Under the pieces are notes generated by a model, which was given only the letters and a program-made list of their open reading frames with translations, was not told the DNA's origin and did no database searches. A stretch of DNA of 64,000 bases from Alphaproteobacteria bacterium. GTDB lineage: Bacteria > Pseudomonadota > Alphaproteobacteria > Rs-D84. The DNA is taken from assembly GCA_017629245.1 (NCBI GenBank), contig JAGBXO010000003.1, positions 1,897-65,896 on the forward strand, in the 5' to 3' direction. This document shows positions 8,844 through 17,845 of the stretch, piece by piece (position 1 is the first letter of the stretch; each line of letters begins with the position of its first letter). Both the position numbers and the translations under genes were made by a program.

Positions 8844-9521
8844 ATGGCGCGTATTATTTGTTTTGACATTGAAACCACTGGATTTGAATACATGCGTGGT
8901 GATCGTGTAATTGAAATCGGCGCGGTAGAGGTGGTTGATGGTAAAATTACCGATAACACTTTCCACGAATATATCAATCCCGAAGGCAAGATTATTCCGC
9001 CTGATACCTATGCGGTTCATAAAATCTCAAATGCGTTTTTGGAAGACAAACCAAAAATGTCAGAAATCGCACCAAAATTTCTGGCGTTCATTGGCGACAG
9101 CCCGATTGTCGCGCACAACGGTCTGGACTTTGACTTTCCTTTTGTAAATCATGAATTGGCAATGTTAAATCTGCCACAGATTCCACGCAGTCAACAGATG
9201 GATTCGCTGGTAATTGCGCGTAATCGTGTTTTTGGGCCAAAAAGTTATACATTGGATGCGCTGGCGAAATGGTATGGGATCTCGTTAACTGCACGTGCAG
9301 ATGCACACGGGGCGTTAATCGACTCGGAAATCTTAGCCAAGGTTTATATTGAACTGGATAACACAGCACCTGCACCTGATGTGTCGGAAATTATTGCAAA
9401 GCAGCATGCAGCTATGTTGGCGCATCCCAAGGTTGGTGGAAATTTTCCGTATCGGAAATTTGAACCGCATCCCGAAGAGTTGGAAAATCATGAAAAGTTT
9501 ATTGCAGAAATAAACAAATAA
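8844..9521 (+). CDS. dnaQ: DNA polymerase III epsilon subunit (3'-5' proofreading exonuclease)
   Basis: 'ICFDIETTGF' (Exo I), 'VAHNGLDFDFPFV' (Exo II) and 'HGALIDSEILAKVY' (Exo III). Confidence 0.85.
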   Translation: MARIICFDIETTGFEYMRGDRVIEIGAVEVVDGKITDNTFHEYINPEGKIIPPDTYAVHKISNAFLEDKPKMSEIAPKFLAFIGDSPIVAHNGLDFDFPFVNHELAMLNLPQIPRSQQMDSLVIARNRVFGPKSYTLDALAKWYGISLTARADAHGALIDSEILAKVYIELDNTAPAPDVSEIIAKQHAAMLAHPKVGGNFPYRKFEPHPEELENHEKFIAEINK

Positions 9522-9550
9522 AAAACGGCATTATGCCGTTTTTATTTTTT
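9520..9550. terminator. bidirectional intrinsic terminator (acggca-ttat-gccgtt + T-run)
   Basis: Hairpin at 9525-9540 between convergent dnaQ(+) and the VirB6-like gene(-). Confidence 0.6.
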
Positions 9551-10831
9551 GCCACCGCTTTTAATAATCTTAAACCATTTAGTTGCGGTTGCCTTGGTTT
9601 TTTTAAACAGCGTTTTTGTGTCGTTTTCTAATGTGTCACCCATCGCTGTATTAATTGCCCCACCAAATTCTGTGGCGATTTTCATTGCGTTGCTGGCCAG
9701 ATACCATGTCAGTGCCGCCATCAAAACAGAAACCCAAAATTCAGAAGAGTTAAAGTTGGGTAAACTGGCGCCTGTGTTCATATCTATCAACCCCGACAAC
9801 AAGCCTGTGCATACCGCAATAACAACTGCCAATACGATAAAATGCAGTGCAGCATTAACAAATCGCATAATTTGTGTCTGCAATGATTCTGCCTTGAATA
9901 ACCCCATAAATGTGTTAAAGATATCTCCTGCAATTCCCTTGTAAGTTGTCTTGCTGATTGTTTCGGCAATTGCTGTAAATGGCAACATTATAATACCTAA
10001 GAATAAATCAGCAACCACGCCAAATGCGATAAAGGCAAATCGCCATGCCAGATATAAAAATCCTGCAACGAATGCCCCACCACACAGGAACGTAAATGCA
10101 CTGCTGCCAATGCCGCCTGACATCCATTTCCAACCAACCGCAATCGCGGTATAGCAAAACGCAGACAATCGCGTTGGCAGGCACAAGATATCGGCCGCAG
10201 CATCTGGTTTTAATAAATTTGTTTTTGATATATGGTCGGCTGCGTATTCATGTATGGCGGCGCATGTGTCTGGCAGGCTTGTCCCCACGACGCCCGATAC
10301 CATATCCAAAATGCCGTTGGCGGTATATGATGCCACGCTTAGAATTGGTGACATAACCATCATAAATGTCTCGGCCGGTCCAATGGACAAGATGCCAGTC
10401 CATATTGCAACCAATCCACCCTTTTTTAAGATTTCTATCACGTTCTTTTTTACTTCGTTTTTTCCAACAATAATCGTATATGATTCGAATGTTACCCAGA
10501 ACGCATACGCCAATAAAATAAAGATAATAACAAATCGTACCAGTGACGAATCTAACACTTCTGCAACATATGAAAAACCGTTCATAAATGCCAGGCCTGC
10601 CTTGGCCTCTATCGGTACATAGTTATCAATAACTTGCTTTTGAAAGTTCCCTTGGAACGCGGCGATATCGCCCGACAATTCTGTAGTAAACAATTCACGA
10701 TTATTTTCTGTTGCCCATGTTCCATAGTCGCCAACATCCGGCATTGCCAGATTGGATGACGCACCCCACGCCCCCCCACCCAGGCAGACGACCATCAAAA
10801 TAACAGATAAAAATTTGCGTATCATATTCAT
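9542..10831 (-). CDS. VirB6/TrbL-like polytopic inner-membrane protein (T4SS, paralogue 4 of the minus-strand array)
   Basis: Signal peptide, at least 6 TM segments and a Lys-rich C-terminal tail (KWFKIIKSGGKK). It is one of five similarly built paralogues in tandem. Family assignment rests on architecture and context, not alignment. Confidence 0.45.
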   Translation of the reverse strand: MNMIRKFLSVILMVVCLGGGAWGASSNLAMPDVGDYGTWATENNRELFTTELSGDIAAFQGNFQKQVIDNYVPIEAKAGLAFMNGFSYVAEVLDSSLVRFVIIFILLAYAFWVTFESYTIIVGKNEVKKNVIEILKKGGLVAIWTGILSIGPAETFMMVMSPILSVASYTANGILDMVSGVVGTSLPDTCAAIHEYAADHISKTNLLKPDAAADILCLPTRLSAFCYTAIAVGWKWMSGGIGSSAFTFLCGGAFVAGFLYLAWRFAFIAFGVVADLFLGIIMLPFTAIAETISKTTYKGIAGDIFNTFMGLFKAESLQTQIMRFVNAALHFIVLAVVIAVCTGLLSGLIDMNTGASLPNFNSSEFWVSVLMAALTWYLASNAMKIATEFGGAINTAMGDTLENDTKTLFKKTKATATKWFKIIKSGGKK

Positions 10832-10836
10832 CTGCT

Positions 10837-12333
10837 TTATGAACCTTTTTTACCCATTTTGGCAGTGGCTTTTTTTGCGATTTGTTCTGGCACATGCCAA
10901 ATCTTTTGTCCCAAATCATGTATCCATGCGCCATAGTCAAATTCTTCCTTGCCACTCAGGCTAACATCTTCGCCTGGTATTGGCATCTTGACAGACCCTG
11001 CTGGCAATAATTTATCAACTTTGGGGCTGATTGCATAATAATATAAAAAGAACAGGCACATCATCATTAGCAGAAAATCAAACCCATCTCCCAGGAAATC
11101 GAATGCGCCTGGATATTTTCTTTCAACCTCGGCCTTGCGTGCGGTAAAGCAGGTTGTGAATTTATCTTTATCCATTTCACCGCCACTTAATGCCACGCGT
11201 TCACAGTCTGAGAAAACATTCATGACAGATTGTGTTTTTGCATCTGGATTTTCTGGTGCGCCAGACAACAATGGTGGGAATATCGCACTGTATCCATCAG
11301 CGGGTCCTGGCATAAATGTATCTGCAGTATATGAAACAGTTGCAAACACAATAAGAACTTTCAACGTAATTGCAACCAGCCTGACCGCTGACGCGGCCAG
11401 CATTCCAACCGCCTTGCCCATTAATCCGCTGGCTTTTGCCCATACTGGTTCAAACGCGTATGCTGCCAGCAACAGCGGCAAAAATATAATCAAGAATACC
11501 AGTTTAAATACCACAGATAATATCTGGAAAAACAAATCAAATCCAATAATCAAGAACATTAATACTAATGTTAATCCGGCCAGCCATGTAAATGCGCCTC
11601 CACCCATCCCCAGCCATGCATAGTTCATCATTGCAAAACCACCCGCAGCCCCCGCCAGCATAACTGAGTTTATATTTCCCATCACACACATAAAGGGCTG
11701 CAAAATCGGATTTAATACATCTGATTGGCCATCTTGTTTTTTTGATGGTGTCAGTGCGCCACATTGTGCAGCATTGCTGACACCTGTTGCGGCCATCCCC
11801 AGTTCTGCGCCAACATACAGCACAGGCGTAATTGTAATTTGTGAAACAGTCTTCATTGCTGTTACGCCACCCAGCCCCAGCATTCCCATAACGGCACCAA
11901 CCACCATCAGTCGCAGTACTTGTTTGCTGATTGGTTCAAACCAAGATTTAAAATCAATACCTGTTTCTTTGCCGTCCAGATTTGCTGTTTGCTTTGCAGC
12001 GTTAAAAATATGTTTAACACTGTGTATAAGAATATACAGCCCCAGTCCCAACACCATAATTATCCACAGGCTGTCAACCATGACACCCCAAAATCTTTCG
12101 GCTGCATCCCCAATAACTGAAAACAAGTCTGCGATATATCCGCACATAAAGCATCCATTCGCAGTCGCGAGATCGCCATTTTCCACGCCAATCGCGTTCA
12201 TGAAATTATCTGCGCTGGTATATGTTAATGCTGCGCCACCGATTGAAGAAGACAAATACCATATCCCCAAACCCAATGCGATCAGGCACATTATAACCCG
12301 AACTGCTATCAAAATCAGTTGTGCCTTCCACAT
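10837..12333 (-). CDS. VirB6/TrbL-like polytopic membrane protein (paralogue 3)
   Basis: N-terminal TM/signal, multiple TM segments, a Gly-rich 'GMGGGAFTWLAG' segment and a basic C-terminal tail. Start overlaps the upstream gene's stop by 1 nt (TAATG). Confidence 0.45.
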   Translation of the reverse strand: MWKAQLILIAVRVIMCLIALGLGIWYLSSSIGGAALTYTSADNFMNAIGVENGDLATANGCFMCGYIADLFSVIGDAAERFWGVMVDSLWIIMVLGLGLYILIHSVKHIFNAAKQTANLDGKETGIDFKSWFEPISKQVLRLMVVGAVMGMLGLGGVTAMKTVSQITITPVLYVGAELGMAATGVSNAAQCGALTPSKKQDGQSDVLNPILQPFMCVMGNINSVMLAGAAGGFAMMNYAWLGMGGGAFTWLAGLTLVLMFLIIGFDLFFQILSVVFKLVFLIIFLPLLLAAYAFEPVWAKASGLMGKAVGMLAASAVRLVAITLKVLIVFATVSYTADTFMPGPADGYSAIFPPLLSGAPENPDAKTQSVMNVFSDCERVALSGGEMDKDKFTTCFTARKAEVERKYPGAFDFLGDGFDFLLMMMCLFFLYYYAISPKVDKLLPAGSVKMPIPGEDVSLSGKEEFDYGAWIHDLGQKIWHVPEQIAKKATAKMGKKGS

Positions 12334-13532
12334 TATTTAGATCCCTCTTTTTTTTCTTCTTTTCCGCCATTTAGGATTATTTTACCAACATTAACGGTTG
12401 TATCATACACATTTTTTGTCAGGCTCATCAAATCATCAGCAATCTTTTCACCGTATTCTTTCTTTTCTTCTACTTCAAATGCACCCAATATCATTTTTGT
12501 AATTTGTGGAATTTGTTTGTAAACATAATTCAACACATACATCAGTGCGATACAGCTTGTCAGTGTCAGTGCCTCTAGATTTTCTGCGCTTAAATCTTTT
12601 TCAAATATATCGCCACTGGTAATTGCGTTCATCAGTTCAACATTGCTAACATCCGTTGCCGAAAAGAACTTTGCAATAATCGCCATAATAACAGTATATG
12701 TTATAATCACAGACCCCAGTGTGACGATTGAACTGATTAAGTTTTTAATTTGGTTAACGCCGACACCTTTGCCAATCTTTTTTATTACATCGGGTACACT
12801 GTCTGCGCCATTAAATGCGAATGTTGCCAAAGACAACGGGAAAAAGAATGCAAAAAACGCCATTGCCACAATCGCATCTGCGAAATAGCAGCAATACCTG
12901 AAAAATAATTTAAAAAATCCCCATGCTAAATACAGACCGATAAAGAACAGAACGATATGTTTTATCAATGCGCCGATGCCGAACAGTGCGCTCCATGAAA
13001 ATGCGCTATCCATCACTGCGATTCCCAGTTTTATATAACTTTGGAATTGTGTAATGGTTGTTTTCATAATGTTTATAATTGTGTCACGCAGTTCTGGACG
13101 ATAAAATCCATCATCTTTAATTTTAACAGGTTGATATGTGACGCGTTCATCAACGTCTGCCTGGGTTTGATTAATCATCGCCTGGGAATAGGTCAGGGTC
13201 ATTTGTGCAATTGGTTCAAATGTAATCATTGTGATAAATCGTGGTACGATAACCCCTGCGCCCATCAAAGAGATGGCAACAATAGAATTAATAAAAACTT
13301 TTTGAACAGATTTTTTATAAAATGTATCTTCAAAATTATTTTTTGCATTCTGCCAGATAGCGTTAATAACATACACTGTAAACATAGCCATCAGCAATAT
13401 CAGGCATAAATCGCTGAAATAATCATAAAATCCTGCTGCTGCAGTGGATATAATCTGGAACAGTCTGTCAAACACCGGACAGCCCCAACACTGAACCGTA
13501 TCTCCTACCAAAGCCATCATTGTGTTTGTCAT
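12333..13532 (-). CDS. VirB6/TrbL-like polytopic membrane protein (paralogue 2)
   Basis: Multi-TM with a K/E-rich C-terminal tail (GGKEEKKEGSK). ATGA overlap with the upstream gene. Confidence 0.45.
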   Translation of the reverse strand: MTNTMMALVGDTVQCWGCPVFDRLFQIISTAAAGFYDYFSDLCLILLMAMFTVYVINAIWQNAKNNFEDTFYKKSVQKVFINSIVAISLMGAGVIVPRFITMITFEPIAQMTLTYSQAMINQTQADVDERVTYQPVKIKDDGFYRPELRDTIINIMKTTITQFQSYIKLGIAVMDSAFSWSALFGIGALIKHIVLFFIGLYLAWGFFKLFFRYCCYFADAIVAMAFFAFFFPLSLATFAFNGADSVPDVIKKIGKGVGVNQIKNLISSIVTLGSVIITYTVIMAIIAKFFSATDVSNVELMNAITSGDIFEKDLSAENLEALTLTSCIALMYVLNYVYKQIPQITKMILGAFEVEEKKEYGEKIADDLMSLTKNVYDTTVNVGKIILNGGKEEKKEGSK

Positions 13533-14800
13533 TTTTTCTTAATCCATCCTGCGGCTTTGCCGATTGTTTTACCTAAACTCTTTACGCCACCGGTAAATGT
13601 TTTTGCGTCGCCTTTGACCTGGTTATACAGTCCATCCATACCACTGCCGATATATTTCTTTAACTGTGCCTGGGTTAAATCAAATATTTTGAACATCAAA
13701 TAAAATGTCAGTATCGAAGAAATCCACATCACAGAATGTCCGCCAAATCCCATTGCTGCATTTGCCGATGTTGGAACATTGCTGTATGCGCTGCCCCCGG
13801 CGGCAACAACAAAGACAGATGAATTCCAATTAAATAACGCTTTGATTACCGCAATGTTGATACATAATATAAACGAACATGCAATCATCGTTACGATTAA
13901 CTGTTGCAGTGCCTTAGTTATACCATTAAAGGCCGGCCAAACATCAAACCATTTATCGCTTTTTTTAAATACATATGTTAATACATAAAAAGGGTACAAT
14001 ATCAGTTGGATTCCAAAATTAAATATACCTTGTATTATCAACAGTGCCATGAACAAATTACTGGCCACGAATGTTGAAATTAATATAATTCCAGTCACAA
14101 TATTCAAAAAATCTTCCCCACCATGTGGAATTAATGTCAGTAAACCACGCAGTCCATTGAACAAAGAATCAAACCCGCGTTTAATCATTTGATTGTTCGC
14201 TGTTGACAGGTCAAATACAGGTTGAACCAAGAATTTACATGAATCTTCAGAAATCCAATCTTTCTCCAGTATTTCAGGCGGACATTGCACAGGTTGTGCA
14301 TTTGCACCAACTTCGTTAATTGTTTCGGTAATTCCGTGTGTGTACGCCGCCCCCAGTTGCAGGAACGGATTAACCAGCCATTGTGTCAAGAATACTGGTT
14401 TTAATTGCAACAGCACCAGTGTTGCAATCACGGCACGAATACACGGTTTCAGTGTGTCTTCTGCGATTTTGTATCCTGTCATTTTCCCGTCTGCCATTTC
14501 GCCACCACCCGACATTCCCAGGAAAGACAACCAGTTTTTTGGGAAATACATTTTTACCAGACTTAATGTCAATGTTATCCCCAAGAAAGTCCAAACAAGT
14601 ATGTTTATAATCCCAATGTGATTGCCGTCGCCAACAAAATATTCATATATTCCTGTTGCGGTCATCATCAGCGCATCCAGCACCATTGGCACAAACGGTG
14701 CCAGATTCAGCGTATCAACAACACTGGCCTGTGCCATACAGGGTATCAGCGCAAATACGCAGAAATATAAGATTTTTAACAATTTTTTTCTGTAAAACAT
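13529..14800 (-). CDS. VirB6/TrbL-like polytopic membrane protein (paralogue 1, first gene of the minus-strand operon)
   Basis: Signal peptide 'MFYRKKLLKILYFCVFALIPCMAQA', multi-TM, basic tail 'AAGWIKKK'. Confidence 0.45.
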   Translation of the reverse strand: MFYRKKLLKILYFCVFALIPCMAQASVVDTLNLAPFVPMVLDALMMTATGIYEYFVGDGNHIGIINILVWTFLGITLTLSLVKMYFPKNWLSFLGMSGGGEMADGKMTGYKIAEDTLKPCIRAVIATLVLLQLKPVFLTQWLVNPFLQLGAAYTHGITETINEVGANAQPVQCPPEILEKDWISEDSCKFLVQPVFDLSTANNQMIKRGFDSLFNGLRGLLTLIPHGGEDFLNIVTGIILISTFVASNLFMALLIIQGIFNFGIQLILYPFYVLTYVFKKSDKWFDVWPAFNGITKALQQLIVTMIACSFILCINIAVIKALFNWNSSVFVVAAGGSAYSNVPTSANAAMGFGGHSVMWISSILTFYLMFKIFDLTQAQLKKYIGSGMDGLYNQVKGDAKTFTGGVKSLGKTIGKAAGWIKKK

Positions 14801-14850
14801 TCTCTACTTTAATATTTATCTTTTCAATTATATCACATTTAGGGCAAAAT

Positions 14851-16167
14851 ATGATATACTTAAAAACAATGAACCGGTTAAAAAAATTTTGGATTATGTT
14901 TTTATCGTTCTTGCCATTTACGGCCGGGGCGGCATCGCCATTGATTATTGGTGGTATTGCGGGTGCTGGTGTAATCGCAGGTTTTTCAATATATCGGTCA
15001 TTTTCCCCAGTGAATATGGCAGATGCATACAAGTTTTTTTCCAGTTGTTGGTCCTGTCAAATGTTTTCGGACATAATGTTATCCATGTCGCGAATTTTGC
15101 CGAATATTTACACGGCTTTGGGCAAGACTATTATTCCATTTGCAATTATCCTGACGGCCATATTTTTTGCCTGGCGTCTGACCAGTAATTTTTTAAACTC
15201 TAAGGTTGAGGCCCCCTGGTCAATTGTCAGTACTTTTACCAATCATTGTGTCAAACTGGGTTTTGTTTGCATCATATTGTTGGCGCCGTTGCCACGTTTA
15301 GTATCTGAGATTGCGATTCAACCAATATTTAATGTTGGACTGTCGTTGAATCGTGCTGTTGTTCATGACGATTCGTTTGATGCGTGTGTTATCGCAACTG
15401 CAATTGCGGACCCAACATCGATTGATATCAAAGCTGCCAACCAAGGGGCGTATTCACCGCGTCTTCGTCATAATTTGGCCTGTGAGTTGGCAGGTGTACA
15501 TCAGATGACTGGGCTGGGGATGACTGTTGGATGGACAATGTTAAATATGTCGTTTAATTCAGACTATATGCATAAGATTTTGTGGGGGATTCCGATTTTT
15601 CCAAATGTTCCTATATTATTTGCAGGATTGTTAATATTGGTCTTGTTTTTTATGGCGTTAATACCTGTGCCACTATATTTTCTGGAAATTTTTATAAAAC
15701 TGTCTATGGATTTGGTGATGTTGCCATTGATGTTTTTAGCTTGGTTATTCAATGGTTGGCAGATATCTTTGCCTGGGGCGGGAAAAACGATTCGCGGAAT
15801 AATTGATGATGTAATAAATGGTACGCTTGGATTGGCGATGACAGGGATATTTGTATCCTTTGCAATAATGTTTTTGAACGCGATATTTGGTGATTGGGGC
15901 GGAGCAACCGTATTAGAGACTGCTTTAAATTCCAGCGAATCGGCCGGCTCTAAAATCTTGATGGATGCGCTAATGATGCGCAACGACAGCATGATAACAA
16001 TCATATTAATGGGTATTTTTGTTACTATGTTTATGAATATGATTCCAGCCCTGTCCAAGACATTGTTTAATGTTCAGATATCAGATGATTTCTATAGTAC
16101 AACGAAAAAGAATGCGGATATTATTTGGAAAAACCTGAAAAAATGGTACGAAGTTATGAAAAAATAA
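14851..16167 (+). CDS. VirB6/TrbL-like polytopic membrane protein (divergently transcribed fifth paralogue)
   Basis: Start ATG at 14851 (alternative 14869, 'MNRLKKFW...'). The upstream part of ORF 14656 overlaps the minus-strand gene and was rejected. Signal peptide, Gly-rich 'IIGGIAGAGVIAG', multi-TM, basic tail 'KNLKKWYEVMKK'. Confidence 0.45.
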   Translation: MIYLKTMNRLKKFWIMFLSFLPFTAGAASPLIIGGIAGAGVIAGFSIYRSFSPVNMADAYKFFSSCWSCQMFSDIMLSMSRILPNIYTALGKTIIPFAIILTAIFFAWRLTSNFLNSKVEAPWSIVSTFTNHCVKLGFVCIILLAPLPRLVSEIAIQPIFNVGLSLNRAVVHDDSFDACVIATAIADPTSIDIKAANQGAYSPRLRHNLACELAGVHQMTGLGMTVGWTMLNMSFNSDYMHKILWGIPIFPNVPILFAGLLILVLFFMALIPVPLYFLEIFIKLSMDLVMLPLMFLAWLFNGWQISLPGAGKTIRGIIDDVINGTLGLAMTGIFVSFAIMFLNAIFGDWGGATVLETALNSSESAGSKILMDALMMRNDSMITIILMGIFVTMFMNMIPALSKTLFNVQISDDFYSTTKKNADIIWKNLKKWYEVMKK

Positions 16168-16235
16168 AAAATCAAGCCCTTTATTTAACATGCCCCCCTT
16201 TTTTGTATAATCCGAATCTGATATAATTCATAGCA

Positions 16236-16745
16236 ATGACGAAGTTTCCGATTCTTTATTGGCCACGCAAGACAACTGGTGACAATGAATACCAGTTGGC
16301 GCGCAAGGTTATAAACAGTACAACCGGTGTAATGCCTGAAGTTTATGCAGATGATATTGATATTGCATCTGTATTGGCTGCGAACCCAAATGCAACCATC
16401 TACTATCCAGTGTTTTGTGAATCGACTGGCTGGTGGGGTGAATTATTGGGTGGTGATGCGGTTGTTTGTGACAAATTAATAATTTCCCCTGAATGTCAGT
16501 TAATGGTTATTGGGACAAAAAAGTCATGCAAATCCCATGGAAAAACACAACTGTTGGCGGCAGAGATTTATCCGGCCAGCGGTTTTTTTAAGAAAATGAA
16601 TTCTGGTATTGCGACCGTTGCGGATATGTTGGCGACCAATACCGGTACTATATTGGCACTGTTTTCTGGTCATAATCAGTCTCAGTTTATAAATGTGCTG
16701 GAATCGACGGGAAATTCATATTTGGGCTGTATTGGTCGATATTAA
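16236..16745 (+). CDS. hypothetical protein (169 aa)
   Basis: Clean ORF downstream of the VirB6-like gene; no recognisable motif. Confidence 0.45.
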   Translation: MTKFPILYWPRKTTGDNEYQLARKVINSTTGVMPEVYADDIDIASVLAANPNATIYYPVFCESTGWWGELLGGDAVVCDKLIISPECQLMVIGTKKSCKSHGKTQLLAAEIYPASGFFKKMNSGIATVADMLATNTGTILALFSGHNQSQFINVLESTGNSYLGCIGRY

Positions 16746-16819
16746 AATGCTATTATTGCTTGATTTCTGTAAAAAAGCATGTATAATTCACGGGCTAAAA
16801 TTTAAAAAAGGGTAATACA

Positions 16820-17032
16820 ATGAAACAAGGCATTCATCCTGAATATCATGAAATTAACGTCACCAGAACTGACGGCAAAACAATTAAAATGTATTCTTCT
16901 GTCAAGAAAGACTTATTGTTGTCTACTGACAATTTGAACCATTCTGCCTGGACGGGGCAGCGTTCAAATTCTGGTGAAAAAGGTGCACGCGCCGCCGAAT
17001 TCAAAAGCAAGTTTGCTGGCTTTAATTTCTAA
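16820..17032 (+). CDS. rpmE: 50S ribosomal protein L31
   Basis: 'MKQGIHPEYHEINVT...' gives a typical L31 N-terminus. 70 aa. Confidence 0.8.
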   Translation: MKQGIHPEYHEINVTRTDGKTIKMYSSVKKDLLLSTDNLNHSAWTGQRSNSGEKGARAAEFKSKFAGFNF

Positions 17033-17061
17033 GATTAACATATATTTGCGGGGGGTGTCAC

Positions 17062-17766
17062 ATGGAACTGTTGATTAAGGGGTCAACCGAATTAAACAAG
17101 ATGTTTATGGCGTTGCAACGTACAGCGTCTGGTCTGCGTCGTGACTTTGGTGAAGTTGAAAACCTGCAGCAGTCTTTGCGTGGTGCGCGTGACTTTGTGC
17201 AAAAGGCCGCAAATCGTATCGAAGAAAGTATTTTAAATGACCTGCTGTTGGTTCGTCCATCGGCGGGTCTTTTGACACCAAATGTGTCGCGTGCTGGTGA
17301 TGGTCGCGATGAATTTGTGTTATCGTTGTCTGGTGCTTCAAACTTTGTGCGTGGTAATCCGCATTTTGCAATATCTTTGGCGTTGCGTTCCAACGATGAA
17401 ACCAAAATCGCATTAATATATTCGCCAATTGATGAAAGATTGTATTACGCAGAATCTGAACGTGGCGCATATGTTTTTTCGGCATATCATTCTGCGCGTA
17501 TCAAGGTTTCGAATTTGTCAGAACCATCTGAACTAACAATTGCATATAATACATCAGATGCGCGCCCGATGATTGGTGATGTTCGTCGTACAGGGTGTCC
17601 TGCGCTGGATTTGGCGTGGGTTGCTGCGGGTAAATTGGATGCGTTTGTGTCAGATCCATTGGATTATGCAGAAATTGCCGCTGGCGACCTGATTGTACGC
17701 GAAGCTGGCGGTCAGATTGAAATGATGGCGGACTTGGTTGCCACAAATGGCAAGGTTGAATTATAA
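17062..17766 (+). CDS. inositol monophosphatase (SuhB/IMPase) family homologue with a degenerate metal-binding motif
   Basis: 'SGASNFVRGNPHFAISLA' aligns with IMPase 'DGTTNFxxGxPxFAVSIA', but the preceding DPxDGT is replaced by 'LSLSGA'. 'RRTGCPALDLAWVAAGKLDAF' and 'DPLDYAEIAAGDLIVREAGG' are conserved. Confidence 0.6.
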   Translation: MELLIKGSTELNKMFMALQRTASGLRRDFGEVENLQQSLRGARDFVQKAANRIEESILNDLLLVRPSAGLLTPNVSRAGDGRDEFVLSLSGASNFVRGNPHFAISLALRSNDETKIALIYSPIDERLYYAESERGAYVFSAYHSARIKVSNLSEPSELTIAYNTSDARPMIGDVRRTGCPALDLAWVAAGKLDAFVSDPLDYAEIAAGDLIVREAGGQIEMMADLVATNGKVEL

Positions 17767-17769
17767 GAT

Positions 17770-17795
17770 TCCCCGCCGCATGGCGGGATTTTTAT
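17770..17795 (+). terminator. intrinsic terminator (cccgcc-gcat-ggcggg + T-run)
   Basis: Hairpin at 17772-17787 followed by attttt. Confidence 0.55.
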
Positions 17796-17845
17796 TTGTT
17801 AAAATATTTGCAAATATGGTGTTTTTGTCGTAAAATTTACCTGTT

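Noticed and set aside
8787-9020. 5' extension of the uvrD ORF (MNRIGIRRNN...)
   Set aside because: Helicase similarity begins at MLENLNEKQ. The extension is AT-rich with no RBS and would overlap the dnaQ promoter region and start.
14656-14850. Upstream extension of the plus-strand VirB6-like ORF
   Set aside because: It overlaps the 5' end of the minus-strand gene 13529-14800 and has no signal-peptide logic. Start moved to ATG 14851 or 14869.
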